64,000 bases of DNA from an uncultured bacterium (GTDB lineage Bacteria; Auribacterota; Erginobacteria; Erginobacterales; Erginobacteraceae), in contig CAWGIE010000011.1 in assembly GCA_963822585.1 (NCBI GenBank), positions 96,001 through 160,000 on the forward strand, written 5' to 3'. The position numbers and the translations under genes are program-made. Below, one piece after another: positions 39,109 to 49,071 of the stretch. A model generated the notes under the pieces. That model was not told the origin of the DNA. It worked only from the letters and a program-made list of their open reading frames with translations, and did no database searches. Every line of letters starts with the position of its first letter. The stretch's first letter is position 1.

Positions 39109-40284
39109 TCATTGGCCATCCCCGGTTCGTTTTCCTCTTCGGGCACGGCGGCGGGAGAACTCCCCCCGGTAGAAGTTTTCATACCCGCTGATCATGGATG
39201 CGATACCGTATCCGGCCCGGACGACGGAGGCGGCCGCGTGGCCAAACCGCTCCTGCAAATCCGGGTTGTCGAGTATCCTCTCGATGGCCGCGGCCAGGGC
39301 GTGAGGGTCCCGGGGAGGGACCAGGAGCCCGGAAAACCCGTCTTTTACCAAATCCGCGCTCCCTCCCACCGCCGTCACGACAACCGCCCGGCCGAGAGCC
39401 ATCGCCTCCAGAAGAGCGATGGAGAGACCTTCCCGGATAGAACTGAGGGTGAAGACGTCGGCGAGGGCGACGATCTCCACCGCGTCCGAGCGGGAACCGA
39501 GCAGGGCCACCCTGGCATCGAGGCCGCGTGATCGGATGGCCGTTTCCAATTCTCCGCGGAGTTCTCCGTCTCCCAGCAGGAGAAAATGCACATCCCCCCG
39601 ATGCCGGAGTATCTGCTCGGCGGCATCGAGCAGGTACCGGTGACCCTTCTTCGGCGTCAGGGCAGCCGAGGTGACTACGAGCTTGTTTCCGGGGGGGATC
39701 CCGAGATCACGCAGCTTCCCGGCCGGATCGCCGGCCCGCCGCAGCCGATCAAGGTTCAGGCCGTTGTCTATCACCCCGGCTTTTCCCTCCGGGAAATGAC
39801 AATGGGAGATCAGGGACCTGCGGACCGGCTCCGAGACCGCGATCACCCGATCGGTCCGGAAAGAGAGGATGTAATCCGTCAGCCGCCGGAGAGAGTTTTT
39901 CCATTCGGACATGTTATGCTCGGTCCGGAAAAGCACACAGCGAGGAAAGAACACGGCCGCGGCCCAGCCCCAGAGATGGCTCGAAAAAAGATGCGTGTGA
40001 ATGATATCTACCTCTTCATCCCTGATGATGCCGAGAAGCCGCCGGAAGCTTTTCCCATCGGCAGCCGACTTCCTCCCCAGGATGAAGACCGGGACGCCGA
40101 GCGCCCGCAGCATATCCGCGACACCGCCGCCCCGGGTGAGGGCACAGACCAGAAACCGGAATTCCTCCCGGTCTCCCCGCTGGATGAGATCGTACACCAC
40201 CATTTCGGCCCCTTCCCGGGGAAGGCTGTCGATCAGGTGAAGAACGGTTATTGCTTTCCGCGCCGCATCATTCATTCGATTCAT
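39109..40284 (-). CDS. Glycosyltransferase family 4
   Basis: GAEMVV, KGH, EGLSIALLEAMA. Confidence 0.9.
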   Translation of the reverse strand: MNRMNDAARKAITVLHLIDSLPREGAEMVVYDLIQRGDREEFRFLVCALTRGGGVADMLRALGVPVFILGRKSAADGKSFRRLLGIIRDEEVDIIHTHLFSSHLWGWAAAVFFPRCVLFRTEHNMSEWKNSLRRLTDYILSFRTDRVIAVSEPVRRSLISHCHFPEGKAGVIDNGLNLDRLRRAGDPAGKLRDLGIPPGNKLVVTSAALTPKKGHRYLLDAAEQILRHRGDVHFLLLGDGELRGELETAIRSRGLDARVALLGSRSDAVEIVALADVFTLSSIREGLSIALLEAMALGRAVVVTAVGGSADLVKDGFSGLLVPPRDPHALAAAIERILDNPDLQERFGHAAASVVRAGYGIASMISGYENFYRGEFSRRRARRGKRTGDGQ

Positions 40285-40556
40285 CCACCCCGAAAAACGC
40301 CGCCTCTTGAAATAACTTCACTAAAACCACGAAGGACACGAAGTTCACGAAGAAGATGCTCACAGAAAACAACCGCATTTATCCGTCATGCATCTCCACA
40401 TTCGCTGACCATGTGAGCAAAGGAAAGTGTATCATACTATCTGATGACAACCTTCGTCTCGAAAGGAATTTAGCCATAATTGATTTGCCGAATCAGCTAC
40501 AACCTCTTACCGGTATTTCCCTTCGTGCTCTTCGTGTCCTTCGTGATTACATACTC

Positions 40557-41363
40557 TCAGAGTGAATTCCCCGCCACTTTCTGCCAGACGTAATGCCAGA
40601 AATCAAAGGCCCCCTCTATCTTCATCCGGAAATCCCGCAGATCGTCATCCCGGGAGATCTCGGTCCGGCGGAGGCGAAAATAATCATAGGGGGGACGGTT
40701 CAGCCCCGGGCGGACGGTTACCGCTCCCCGGTATCCGGCCGCCTTCACCCGGGCGGCGATCTCGACCGTGTGCTTGCCCCGGGGATAGGAGAACCAGTAC
40801 GGTCTTGCCCCCAATCTCTTCTCAATGATGGAGGCACTCTCCGCGATCTCCCTCCCCGCGGCAACCGCCGGCAATGCGGTAAGTTCTCGGTGGGTGACCG
40901 AATGGGACCCGACGGTGATCCGGTTCCTCTCCATCTCCGCCAGCATGGCCCAGGAGAGCGGAGCCGGGGGAACGGGGTGGGACCGATACCGTTCCGGAGC
41001 GATCGTGCCGTCAATAAATCCGGTGACGATAAAAACCGTGGCCGGGAGATTCCGTTCCTTCAGAACCGGGAAGACCGTCTGATAGAAATCCAGATAGCCG
41101 TCATCAAAGGTCAGGACCAACACACTCCTCCCCCCTTCCCTCTCGGAGAACGCCGCCGGGAGCGCCTCCACCCGACGCCCCCCCTCGACCAGATAATCCA
41201 TCTGTCGGGCAAACTCCCCGGGGGCAACGGAGAGGCGGTCCCCGGGGAGATCGCTTACCCGGTGGTACATGAGAATCCGGACCCCTCCTCCCCTCCGAAG
41301 GCACCGGGCCGGCCGGGAGAGGGCCGGGATGACCTTCCTCAGCAAGCGGCTACCCCTTCCCAT
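40557..41363 (-). CDS. Polysaccharide deacetylase
   Basis: ILMYHRV, LTFDDGY, GSHSVTH, FSYPRG. Confidence 0.9.
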   Translation of the reverse strand: MGRGSRLLRKVIPALSRPARCLRRGGGVRILMYHRVSDLPGDRLSVAPGEFARQMDYLVEGGRRVEALPAAFSEREGGRSVLVLTFDDGYLDFYQTVFPVLKERNLPATVFIVTGFIDGTIAPERYRSHPVPPAPLSWAMLAEMERNRITVGSHSVTHRELTALPAVAAGREIAESASIIEKRLGARPYWFSYPRGKHTVEIAARVKAAGYRGAVTVRPGLNRPPYDYFRLRRTEISRDDDLRDFRMKIEGAFDFWHYVWQKVAGNSL

Positions 41364-42489
41364 GATCGCCTCCGTAAACCGCCGTGCCGGTCGCCGATCC
41401 CGCGGCCAGGAAGTACAGCTCCTCCATCTTCGCGCACATCCGGGCGGCGGAGAATTCGGCCGCCACCCGGCGGCGGGCCGCCTCCCCCAGCTCGGGAAGC
41501 AGGGCCGGATTCCTCAGTAATTCCGCCAGACGATCGGCAAGGGCGGCACTATCCCCCGCCGGCACCAGGAATCCGCTTTCTCCGTCGGCGATCGCCTCCG
41601 GATTGGCGCCGACCGTGGTGGCGATCACCGCCCTCCCGGCCGCCATCGCCTCCAGCAGGGCGTTGGAGAACCCCTCGGCGACGGAAGGCAGAACGAAGAT
41701 ATGCATCTTACGCAAAAACGAATCCGGGTTTTCAATCTCTCCCCGGAAGATAAGCCGGCCTTCAAGACCGAGCTTCCGTCCCAGTTCCCGGAGCCGCTCG
41801 TGATATCGTCGATCGAGCACCCGGCCGCCGACCTGCAGTTCCCAGGGGATTTCCCCGGGCAGGCGAGCGGCCGCCTCCAGCAGATACTCCAGCCCTTTGA
41901 CCGGGCGGATGTTACCGAGGGTCCCGATCTTGATCGTCTCCCCCGGGTCCGGAAGCCTTACCGCGGCGCCACCGGGGCTCACTTCTATTCCGTTATGGAC
42001 AAGAACGATCTTCTCCGGGCGGACCTTCTCCCGGCGGAGCAGGTAGGTTACCACCGCGCCGGAATTGGCGGTAATTTTGAATGAGAGCGGGTTGACCGCC
42101 CGGTGGGCCAGGAGGTGACGATCTTTCTTCCAGAAACCGGTATCCCGCCGGCTGGTGATCACCGGGATGCCGGAGAGGAAGCCGGCCGGGGGAGCAATGA
42201 TATTGGCCGCGAAGAGGTAGGAATGCACCACCGAGATCCGGTGACGGCGGATCTCCCCGCGCACCCCCGCGATTGCCCGGAAGAAACGCGGCCCCATGAT
42301 ATTCCGCAGGCCGAGCGAGTCCACCACCGTCCCCTCTCCCTCCAGTTCCTTCCCCCAAGGCCCTTTCTCCAGCAGACAGCAGACAACTGCCTGAAAACGG
42401 GCGGGATCCAGGCCCGAGATCAGCTGCCGGAGGTGTCTCTGGGCGCCCGCCCGGACCATCTTATCGATGACATAGAGGACCCTGATCAT
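41350..42489 (-). CDS. Glycosyltransferase family 4
   Basis: GAQRH, VKG, EGFSNALLEAMA; start ATG 42489. Confidence 0.9.
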   Translation of the reverse strand: MIRVLYVIDKMVRAGAQRHLRQLISGLDPARFQAVVCCLLEKGPWGKELEGEGTVVDSLGLRNIMGPRFFRAIAGVRGEIRRHRISVVHSYLFAANIIAPPAGFLSGIPVITSRRDTGFWKKDRHLLAHRAVNPLSFKITANSGAVVTYLLRREKVRPEKIVLVHNGIEVSPGGAAVRLPDPGETIKIGTLGNIRPVKGLEYLLEAAARLPGEIPWELQVGGRVLDRRYHERLRELGRKLGLEGRLIFRGEIENPDSFLRKMHIFVLPSVAEGFSNALLEAMAAGRAVIATTVGANPEAIADGESGFLVPAGDSAALADRLAELLRNPALLPELGEAARRRVAAEFSAARMCAKMEELYFLAAGSATGTAVYGGDHGKG

Positions 42490-42611
42490 AATTAAATCAA
42501 TTAAAACCACGAAGAACACGAAGATCACGAAAATCTTTTTAAAGATGCTGAATCTTTATTTATTTTCCCAATTATTCTTCGTGTACTTCGTGTCCTTCGT
42601 GGTAAATTCCT

Positions 42612-43241
42612 TCATTTATTCCCTGTTTCAGCGGCTTCCAAGGAAACCCGGTTGTTTTGTTTGCGGTATTTCCTCCCGCACCGGGAACAGAGCGCTTTTT
42701 CATCATCGAAGGCCAGCCGGGTCCCGCAGGCGCAGACCCACCCCCTGACCACGGCCGGATTCCCGTAGACCAGGGCGTAAGCGGGGACATCCCGGGTGAC
42801 CACGGAACCGGCGCCGACGAAAGCGCAACGTCCGATCGTGTGGCCGCAGACAATGGTGGCGTTGGCCCCGATACTGGCCGATCTCCCGACCCGGGTCTTT
42901 TTATAAAATTCGCTCCCGCGCTGGGGAAACTCGCTCCGGGGGTTGAGAATGTTGGTAAAAACCATCGAGGGACCGCAGAAGACATAGTCTTCCAGTTCCA
43001 CCCCTTCGTAGATTGAAACGTTGTTCTGAATTTTTACCTGATCCCCGACCCGGACATTGGTGGCGATGTTGACGTTCTGTCCGATCGAGCAGTTCTTCCC
43101 GATCCGGGCGCCGGACTGGATATGACTGAAATGCCAGATCTTCGTCCCCTCCCCGATGACCGCTCCCTCGTCAACGTAGCTGGAAGGGTGAACATAATAA
43201 TCTACCGGTTGGGTGGGATCAGCACTTTCTGATTTCTTCAT
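42612..43241 (-). CDS. Hexapeptide-repeat sugar N-acetyltransferase (WbpD/WlbB-like)
   Basis: TKIWHFSH, KIQNNVSIYEGV, GPSMVFTN, C-terminal CxC..CxxC. Confidence 0.88.
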   Translation of the reverse strand: MKKSESADPTQPVDYYVHPSSYVDEGAVIGEGTKIWHFSHIQSGARIGKNCSIGQNVNIATNVRVGDQVKIQNNVSIYEGVELEDYVFCGPSMVFTNILNPRSEFPQRGSEFYKKTRVGRSASIGANATIVCGHTIGRCAFVGAGSVVTRDVPAYALVYGNPAVVRGWVCACGTRLAFDDEKALCSRCGRKYRKQNNRVSLEAAETGNK

Positions 43242-43375
43242 CGATTTCTCCCTTCTATAAAAATTCCAAATTCCAAGCACCTCAGCCAAAGGCCGAGGTG
43301 CTTGAGATTTGGGATTTTATATCAATATCAAATCCATGTTGATATTTCTTTTTCGCCATAATGATGACCATGATC

Positions 43376-44380
43376 TTATAATTCTACCGTCACCCCTCCT
43401 TCCTCCAGCGACCTTTGAGCCGCCTCCAGCACCTTCACCACCATGTAGCCGTTTTCACCGTCGGTCAGGGGACGCCGGCGCTCCTGCACGCAGCGAATGA
43501 AATGTCCGGTCTCCGCCTGCAGGGGTTCTCCGGCCTTCACCCAGGGTATCTGCACGTCTCCATAGCGCAGATTCAGATATTCCCCATACGTGTCATAGGC
43601 GAGGTTCTCGGGCACTCCCTTATCGTAAATCCTGATCGGCTCGCTGCTGTCCATGTCGTCGAAGACCATCATCTTCCTGCTCCCGACAATGGTCACGCGT
43701 CTGATTTTATGGGGGTCGAGCCAGCTGACATGAAGATGAGCCATAATCCGGTCGGGAAAAGTTATGGTGATGAAAGCCACATCAGCCACATTGTCCTGAA
43801 TATACGACTCTCCCCGCGCGGAAACCGAGCGGGGTTCCCGGTCGATGAGGTAGAGGGCGACCGACACATCGTGGGGAGCAAAAGTCCAGAGAGCGTTCTC
43901 GCTCCGCCGGATCTTCCCCAGGTTGACCCGCTGGCTGTAGAGATAATAAAGATCCCCGATGGTACCGCCGCTGAGTTCTTCTTTTAATTTGATGACCGCG
44001 GGATGATACAGCAGGAGATGCCCGACCATCAGAATCAATTCCCGTTTCTGAGCCTGTTCACAGAGTTCCCGGCACTCGGCGGCGGTCAGCCCCATCGGCT
44101 TCTCCACGAAAACGTCTTTACCGGCCGCCAGGCAGTCCCGGGCGATCCGGCAGTGGGTACTTCCCGGCGTGGCCACCACCACCGCCCGAATGGAAGGGTC
44201 ACTCAAGATCCGTCCGTAGTCGGCGGTGACCTCCATCCCGGGATACTTCGCGCGGGCGGCGTCCAGCCGGGATTCCACCAGATCGGCGGCGATAACGACT
44301 TCCGCGCCGGGCTGTTCCTGAAAATTCCTCAGCAGATTCTTTCCCCAACCGCCGACACCGATAATCCCTAATTTAATCAT
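43376..44380 (-). CDS. Gfo/Idh/MocA oxidoreductase (nucleotide-sugar dehydrogenase-like)
   Basis: GVGGWG, VEKP, APHD, SWLDPHK. Confidence 0.88.
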   Translation of the reverse strand: MIKLGIIGVGGWGKNLLRNFQEQPGAEVVIAADLVESRLDAARAKYPGMEVTADYGRILSDPSIRAVVVATPGSTHCRIARDCLAAGKDVFVEKPMGLTAAECRELCEQAQKRELILMVGHLLLYHPAVIKLKEELSGGTIGDLYYLYSQRVNLGKIRRSENALWTFAPHDVSVALYLIDREPRSVSARGESYIQDNVADVAFITITFPDRIMAHLHVSWLDPHKIRRVTIVGSRKMMVFDDMDSSEPIRIYDKGVPENLAYDTYGEYLNLRYGDVQIPWVKAGEPLQAETGHFIRCVQERRRPLTDGENGYMVVKVLEAAQRSLEEGGVTVEL

Positions 44381-44596
44381 TATTTTCTCCTTAACGGCTG
44401 ACTATACCATGAAGGACATGAAGAACATGAAGAAACGAGAAAAGAAAATCAATGAAGGAATGTACCACGAAGGGCACGAAGTGCACGAAGAATTATTGGG
44501 GATACGGAAGATGATTTATTTTGTTTTTTAATCATCTTCGTGATCTTCGTGGTTTAATTATTTTTCAATATGACTGATTTCGCGAACAGCATACTA

Positions 44597-45844
44597 TTAC
44601 CGAGGGTGATGGGATGAGAAGAGAGCCACGATCTGCCGACTGGTCACCCGGATGTCCCATAACCGTTCTATCTTCTTCCTGCCGGATCGGCCGAGATTTT
44701 TCAGCAATTCGGCATCTCCACCGACCCTCTTCACCAGTTCGGCGATGGCATCGGGATCTTTTTCGGGGATGATGAAACCGCAGGGCGGGTCATCGATCAG
44801 TTCCGGCAACGACGGGAGCGGGGTGCAGGCAACCGGAACGCCGACAGCCAATGCCTCCAGCAAAACGTTGGGGATCCCCCAGTGAATCTTGAGCACGGCG
44901 GGGAGAATAAAAATATCGGCCCACCGGTAATGTCGCGGCATATCCTCCTGGGCCTGGTAACCCGTGAAGGTGATGTGCCTCTCCAGGTTCTTTTCCCTGA
45001 CCAGGGTTCGCAGTTTCTCTTCCAGATACCCTCCCCCGACAATGCGGCAGTGAAATTCAAACTTCTCCGCCGCCAGAAGGGCGCAGGCATCGATCAGATA
45101 TTCAAATCCCTTGCATTCGAAGAGGCTGCCCACGGAGAGAAGATGAAACATCCGCGGAGGGGAGGACTCCTCCCTCCCCCCCTCCTCCGGGCGGGGCAGG
45201 ACGTCCTTCAACCGATAGTTATCCAGGTCGATCCCGTGATAGACGACCCTCACCTTCTCCGGGCTGATCTCCGGGGCAAGGTCCAGAAGATACCGTTTGT
45301 TATCGGCCGTGCAGGTAATCACAAAAGCCGCCCGGCGCAGCTTGAACCCCAGCCCGACGGTCTTGACGTGAATATCATGGGCATGCCCGGTGAAGCTGAA
45401 GGGGATCCCGTTGATCCGGGAGATACAGAAGGCCGTCAGGGCCGGATAGGTGGCCCACTGGCCGTGAACGTGCTCGATGCCGCGCTTCCGGCAGACAGAG
45501 GCGAAGTATATTGCCTGGGGGATACAAGCGAGGGACTTCCAGAGAAACTCGGCATCCCCCCGATTCATCCTGAACACGGAAAAAACCATCCCCCCGAAAA
45601 CCCGGGGACGGGTACATAAAAGTCGCAGGGTTTCCCCCAGGACTTTCCGGTCGAAAAGGAACCCGGAATAGACCGCCCTCTCCGCCAGCCGATTGCCGAT
45701 GGCGTGGCGGACGGGTTCCCGCCCGCTCTTCTTCAGGGAAAAAACGGCCAGATCCAGCAGCCGGTCAAGGGCCACCATCTCCCGGAGGATAAAAACCTCG
45801 TCGTAGCAGGGGAACCGGGAGAAGATCATGGCGACTTTCTTCAT
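44597..45844 (-). CDS. Glycosyltransferase family 4 (WcaL-like)
   Basis: FILRE, SFTGHAHDI, CKG, GIPNVLLEA. Confidence 0.88.
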   Translation of the reverse strand: MKKVAMIFSRFPCYDEVFILREMVALDRLLDLAVFSLKKSGREPVRHAIGNRLAERAVYSGFLFDRKVLGETLRLLCTRPRVFGGMVFSVFRMNRGDAEFLWKSLACIPQAIYFASVCRKRGIEHVHGQWATYPALTAFCISRINGIPFSFTGHAHDIHVKTVGLGFKLRRAAFVITCTADNKRYLLDLAPEISPEKVRVVYHGIDLDNYRLKDVLPRPEEGGREESSPPRMFHLLSVGSLFECKGFEYLIDACALLAAEKFEFHCRIVGGGYLEEKLRTLVREKNLERHITFTGYQAQEDMPRHYRWADIFILPAVLKIHWGIPNVLLEALAVGVPVACTPLPSLPELIDDPPCGFIIPEKDPDAIAELVKRVGGDAELLKNLGRSGRKKIERLWDIRVTSRQIVALFSSHHPR

Positions 45845-45955
45845 AGAACTTAGCCCTCGCTTCGCTCGGGCGAATAAATAAAACTACGAATTACGCGAAT
45901 TACACGAATTTTCTTTAAAATATCCCTGCACTGTCGGTTCAATGCTTGCACATTC

Positions 45956-47461
45956 CTATTTTTTCCGGGCGGCAAAAAGAACAGACATCAGTATCTCCTG
46001 ATCCGTCCGATCGAAGCTTTTGAAGAAAAAGAGAAGCAGGCCGTAAAAGACCGCGCTGGAGGCGAGGACCACCCCCGCCGGGAGATCCAGGATCCCCTCC
46101 CACCGGATCAAGCCGCCCGTGAGAAGGGCGGCGGCGGCGGGGCGGATCCATCTGCGAAAAATAAAAACCTGCCCGTATTCCCGGTAAAGAACCAAACTGA
46201 GAACGATCACGGTAAAGAACTGGGCGATGATCAGAGCGATCGGACCTCCCGTAACCCCGATCAGCCGGATCCCGACCCCGGCGGTCGAATTTCCGATCAC
46301 GATCGGAGCGGCGGATCGGGAGAGAAGGGTGGTAAAAAAGAATGCCGCCAAAGCGTTAATCAGAGCGCTGCAACCAACGATCAGGGCAAAGCTCCATTCC
46401 CTCCGGCAGGCGACCATCGCGTTATAGAGCAGGTAGTTCTGAAACATGAGAACAAAGACCGGTCCCAACATTTTCAGAACCGGGACGGCGTCCAGGTATT
46501 CCGGGCCGAACATGATCAATATCAGCTCGTCACCTAAAAATATGCAGTAGAGAGCGACCGGCAGGGAGAGCATGAAAAGATATCTGCTCATCCTCCGATA
46601 GAGGGAGGTCAACCCCGGACGGTCGGTCAGGTGAAGGCGGGAGAGAACGGGGAAGACGGCCCCCATGATGGCGATGATAACCGTGCTTTCCAGGGCCATA
46701 TAGGGGAGGACCGCCGCGCTGTAATACCCGGCACCGGACGAGCCGACCGTTTTCTGAATGATGATCCTGGTCACCTCGTGGTAGGAATTGAAAAAGATGG
46801 CCAGGGCCAGGGGGAGACCGGCGAAGACAAGGCGGGGAGCAAGAGACATATCCACGGAGAGGGGAGAATCCGGGAACTTTTTCCGCGTCAGGACCCAGGA
46901 AAATAGAACGTAGGCGGCGGCCGAGAAGAGATAAATGGCGGAGATCCGCAAAACACCCCAGGAGAGATAGATGGCCAGGAAGACCAGAAGCATGAGGAGA
47001 ATATCCTTGCAGGCATTAATCAGCGCCTCATACCCCATCTTTTCGTGGGTGCGAAACTGGATAACAAAACTCTCCCCCAGGGAAGAGAGAATATAGATCC
47101 CGAGGGCGATGAAGACCAGCCAGGCTATCTCGGCGTGATACCCGAGGCCATAGACCAGCAGCACGGCGACCAGAATGCTGACGAGGGAAAACGCGGCATT
47201 CAGCACGAGCACGGTCCCCAGATAACGCCCCGCCGCAGCCGGTTTGACGATACACTCCCGGATGGCGATCTTGCTCAACCCGAGAGAACTCAGGATAGTC
47301 AGAAGGGCGCAGAGTGAGCGGGCGACAGTCCAGTTACCGTAATGGATCTGTCCCAGATAACGGGCCAGCACAACCCCGAGCACGATGGAGACCAGAAGGC
47401 GGATGCCCCGGCCGAAAAACAGAGCCGCCGTGTTGCCGGCAATTCGTTGCACTTCACTCAT
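45956..47461 (-). CDS. Wzx-type oligosaccharide flippase
   Basis: RIAGNT, ARYLG...YG, GYYSAA, FPVLSR; many TM helices. Confidence 0.88.
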   Translation of the reverse strand: MSEVQRIAGNTAALFFGRGIRLLVSIVLGVVLARYLGQIHYGNWTVARSLCALLTILSSLGLSKIAIRECIVKPAAAGRYLGTVLVLNAAFSLVSILVAVLLVYGLGYHAEIAWLVFIALGIYILSSLGESFVIQFRTHEKMGYEALINACKDILLMLLVFLAIYLSWGVLRISAIYLFSAAAYVLFSWVLTRKKFPDSPLSVDMSLAPRLVFAGLPLALAIFFNSYHEVTRIIIQKTVGSSGAGYYSAAVLPYMALESTVIIAIMGAVFPVLSRLHLTDRPGLTSLYRRMSRYLFMLSLPVALYCIFLGDELILIMFGPEYLDAVPVLKMLGPVFVLMFQNYLLYNAMVACRREWSFALIVGCSALINALAAFFFTTLLSRSAAPIVIGNSTAGVGIRLIGVTGGPIALIIAQFFTVIVLSLVLYREYGQVFIFRRWIRPAAAALLTGGLIRWEGILDLPAGVVLASSAVFYGLLLFFFKSFDRTDQEILMSVLFAARKK

Positions 47462-47492
47462 GAGCGTTGCTCAAACGGGAATAGATTTCACT

Positions 47493-47543
47493 TAACCTGG
47501 ATTATTCATGAAAATTTTCAATTTTCATGAATAATCCAGGTTA
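47493..47543. repeat. Perfect AT-rich inverted repeat, 24-bp arms, 3-nt loop
   Basis: taacctggattattcatgaaaatt-ttc-aattttcatgaataatccaggtta. Confidence 0.9.
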
Positions 47544-47703
47544 TTATCTTAAGTTCAATATAGTTATGTGTTGTAATCCCGGTTATGAGGCTGCAGCATA
47601 CTGTTTTTTCTTAACCGATAGGCCAACGTCTTATTCCTATTCGCAACAACGCGATAAATAATAAATATTCGCCGATAAGTGTTTGCCCAAGAGCATACTA
47701 TGG

Positions 47704-49056
47704 TTATTGCCTTATATCATTTATATTCATTCCGGCTCTGGCGTTTTTCAACATAACCCGATTATGAATAAATCGGGTTAAGGCGACCGCCGCGAACAGG
47801 AAAAAAACGGGCATGACGGGCAGCCGGTATCGTCCCTCGGGCGGAAAGACCATGTGAATAACCGTAAAATTCATGATCAGGAGAATAAGGGGAACGGTTA
47901 TTTTCCAGTGCTCCCGGACCAGCCAAAAACCGGCGCCGGCCAGAACGATGATCCCCCAGAAAGGGATGAGCAAAACAGGGCGATGATAATGTCCGTCCAG
48001 ATGATAAAACCAGGCCAACCGCCGCCAGCAAAGGCGGAAAAACCGCGGCGGCGAGGCAACGATAAAGGCGACCGCCCGCCGGCCGTATTCCCGATTATAG
48101 GACAGTTCGTCCTCTTCATCCCCCGGATGGTAGACCCCTGCATTCAGATAATAGCTGATGCTGACTGTCCCGCCCGTGGCCAAGGGGTTGTTGGCCAGAT
48201 AAAGGATATTGCCGGCCTGGGTGGTAATGGGGACGATCCGATGAAAAAGCCGGTAATTTCTGATTCCCCAGGGAGCGATCACCAGTATGAGAGGTAACAG
48301 ATAACTGACCAGGCGCCGGAATCGAAGATCCGGCCGCACAAACACTATCCAGAGAGGGATGACAAAGGCAAACGGCATCAATGTCGGACGGCAGAGCATC
48401 CCCAGTCCGAAAAAGATCGCCGCCCCCCCCAGCCAATAATACATTCCCCGCCCCGCGATACCGCGGAAAAGACAGTACATCCCGGAGAGAAGAAGAAACA
48501 GAAAGACCGTTTCGGTCATCACCTGTCGGCCATACCAGATCGCGGGGGGGTATACGGCCAGAAACAGAGCCGCAATCACTCCCAGACTGTTCGCGTGCCG
48601 GGGGAACGCCGCGCGGGCGATTCCCATCAGCCAGAGACAGGATCCGGCGCCGAGAAAAGCCTGCGCCAACCGGATATCCCTGATCGATCCTAGGCCTATC
48701 CGCTGCAGTCCGGCCAGAAAGACGGGATAGAGGGGAGGGAAGGAAGCCTCTCGATACCGATTGAGGATAATGCCTTTCCCCTCCAGGATATTGGAGGCGA
48801 TCGCCCGGTAGACGGCTTCGTCCGGATCGGACAGTTCCCCCGGCCCGGTTAACCCATAGATCAGCCGAATCGTCAGTGCCGCAATGAAAACTGCCGCCGG
48901 CCAGAAATATTTTCTCGGACGGAAAGCCGGCCTTAATAATGGCTTTCGACGCGGTTCGAGCGCCGGGGGGCCGGATGCGAGGTCCGGCGAGACGGGAGAT
49001 GCCAGCCGCATCATTTTAATTCGCTGGCCGGTGACAGGCTGGGCGTCAGAGATCAT
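47704..49056 (-). CDS. ArnT/GT39-like polytopic membrane glycosyltransferase
   Basis: DEAVY, PPLYP, MTE, PWGIRNY, RYRLP; start codon uncertain. Confidence 0.8.
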   Translation of the reverse strand: MISDAQPVTGQRIKMMRLASPVSPDLASGPPALEPRRKPLLRPAFRPRKYFWPAAVFIAALTIRLIYGLTGPGELSDPDEAVYRAIASNILEGKGIILNRYREASFPPLYPVFLAGLQRIGLGSIRDIRLAQAFLGAGSCLWLMGIARAAFPRHANSLGVIAALFLAVYPPAIWYGRQVMTETVFLFLLLSGMYCLFRGIAGRGMYYWLGGAAIFFGLGMLCRPTLMPFAFVIPLWIVFVRPDLRFRRLVSYLLPLILVIAPWGIRNYRLFHRIVPITTQAGNILYLANNPLATGGTVSISYYLNAGVYHPGDEEDELSYNREYGRRAVAFIVASPPRFFRLCWRRLAWFYHLDGHYHRPVLLIPFWGIIVLAGAGFWLVREHWKITVPLILLIMNFTVIHMVFPPEGRYRLPVMPVFFLFAAVALTRFIHNRVMLKNARAGMNINDIRQ

Positions 49057-49071
49057 TACTCGGAGAGGCTC

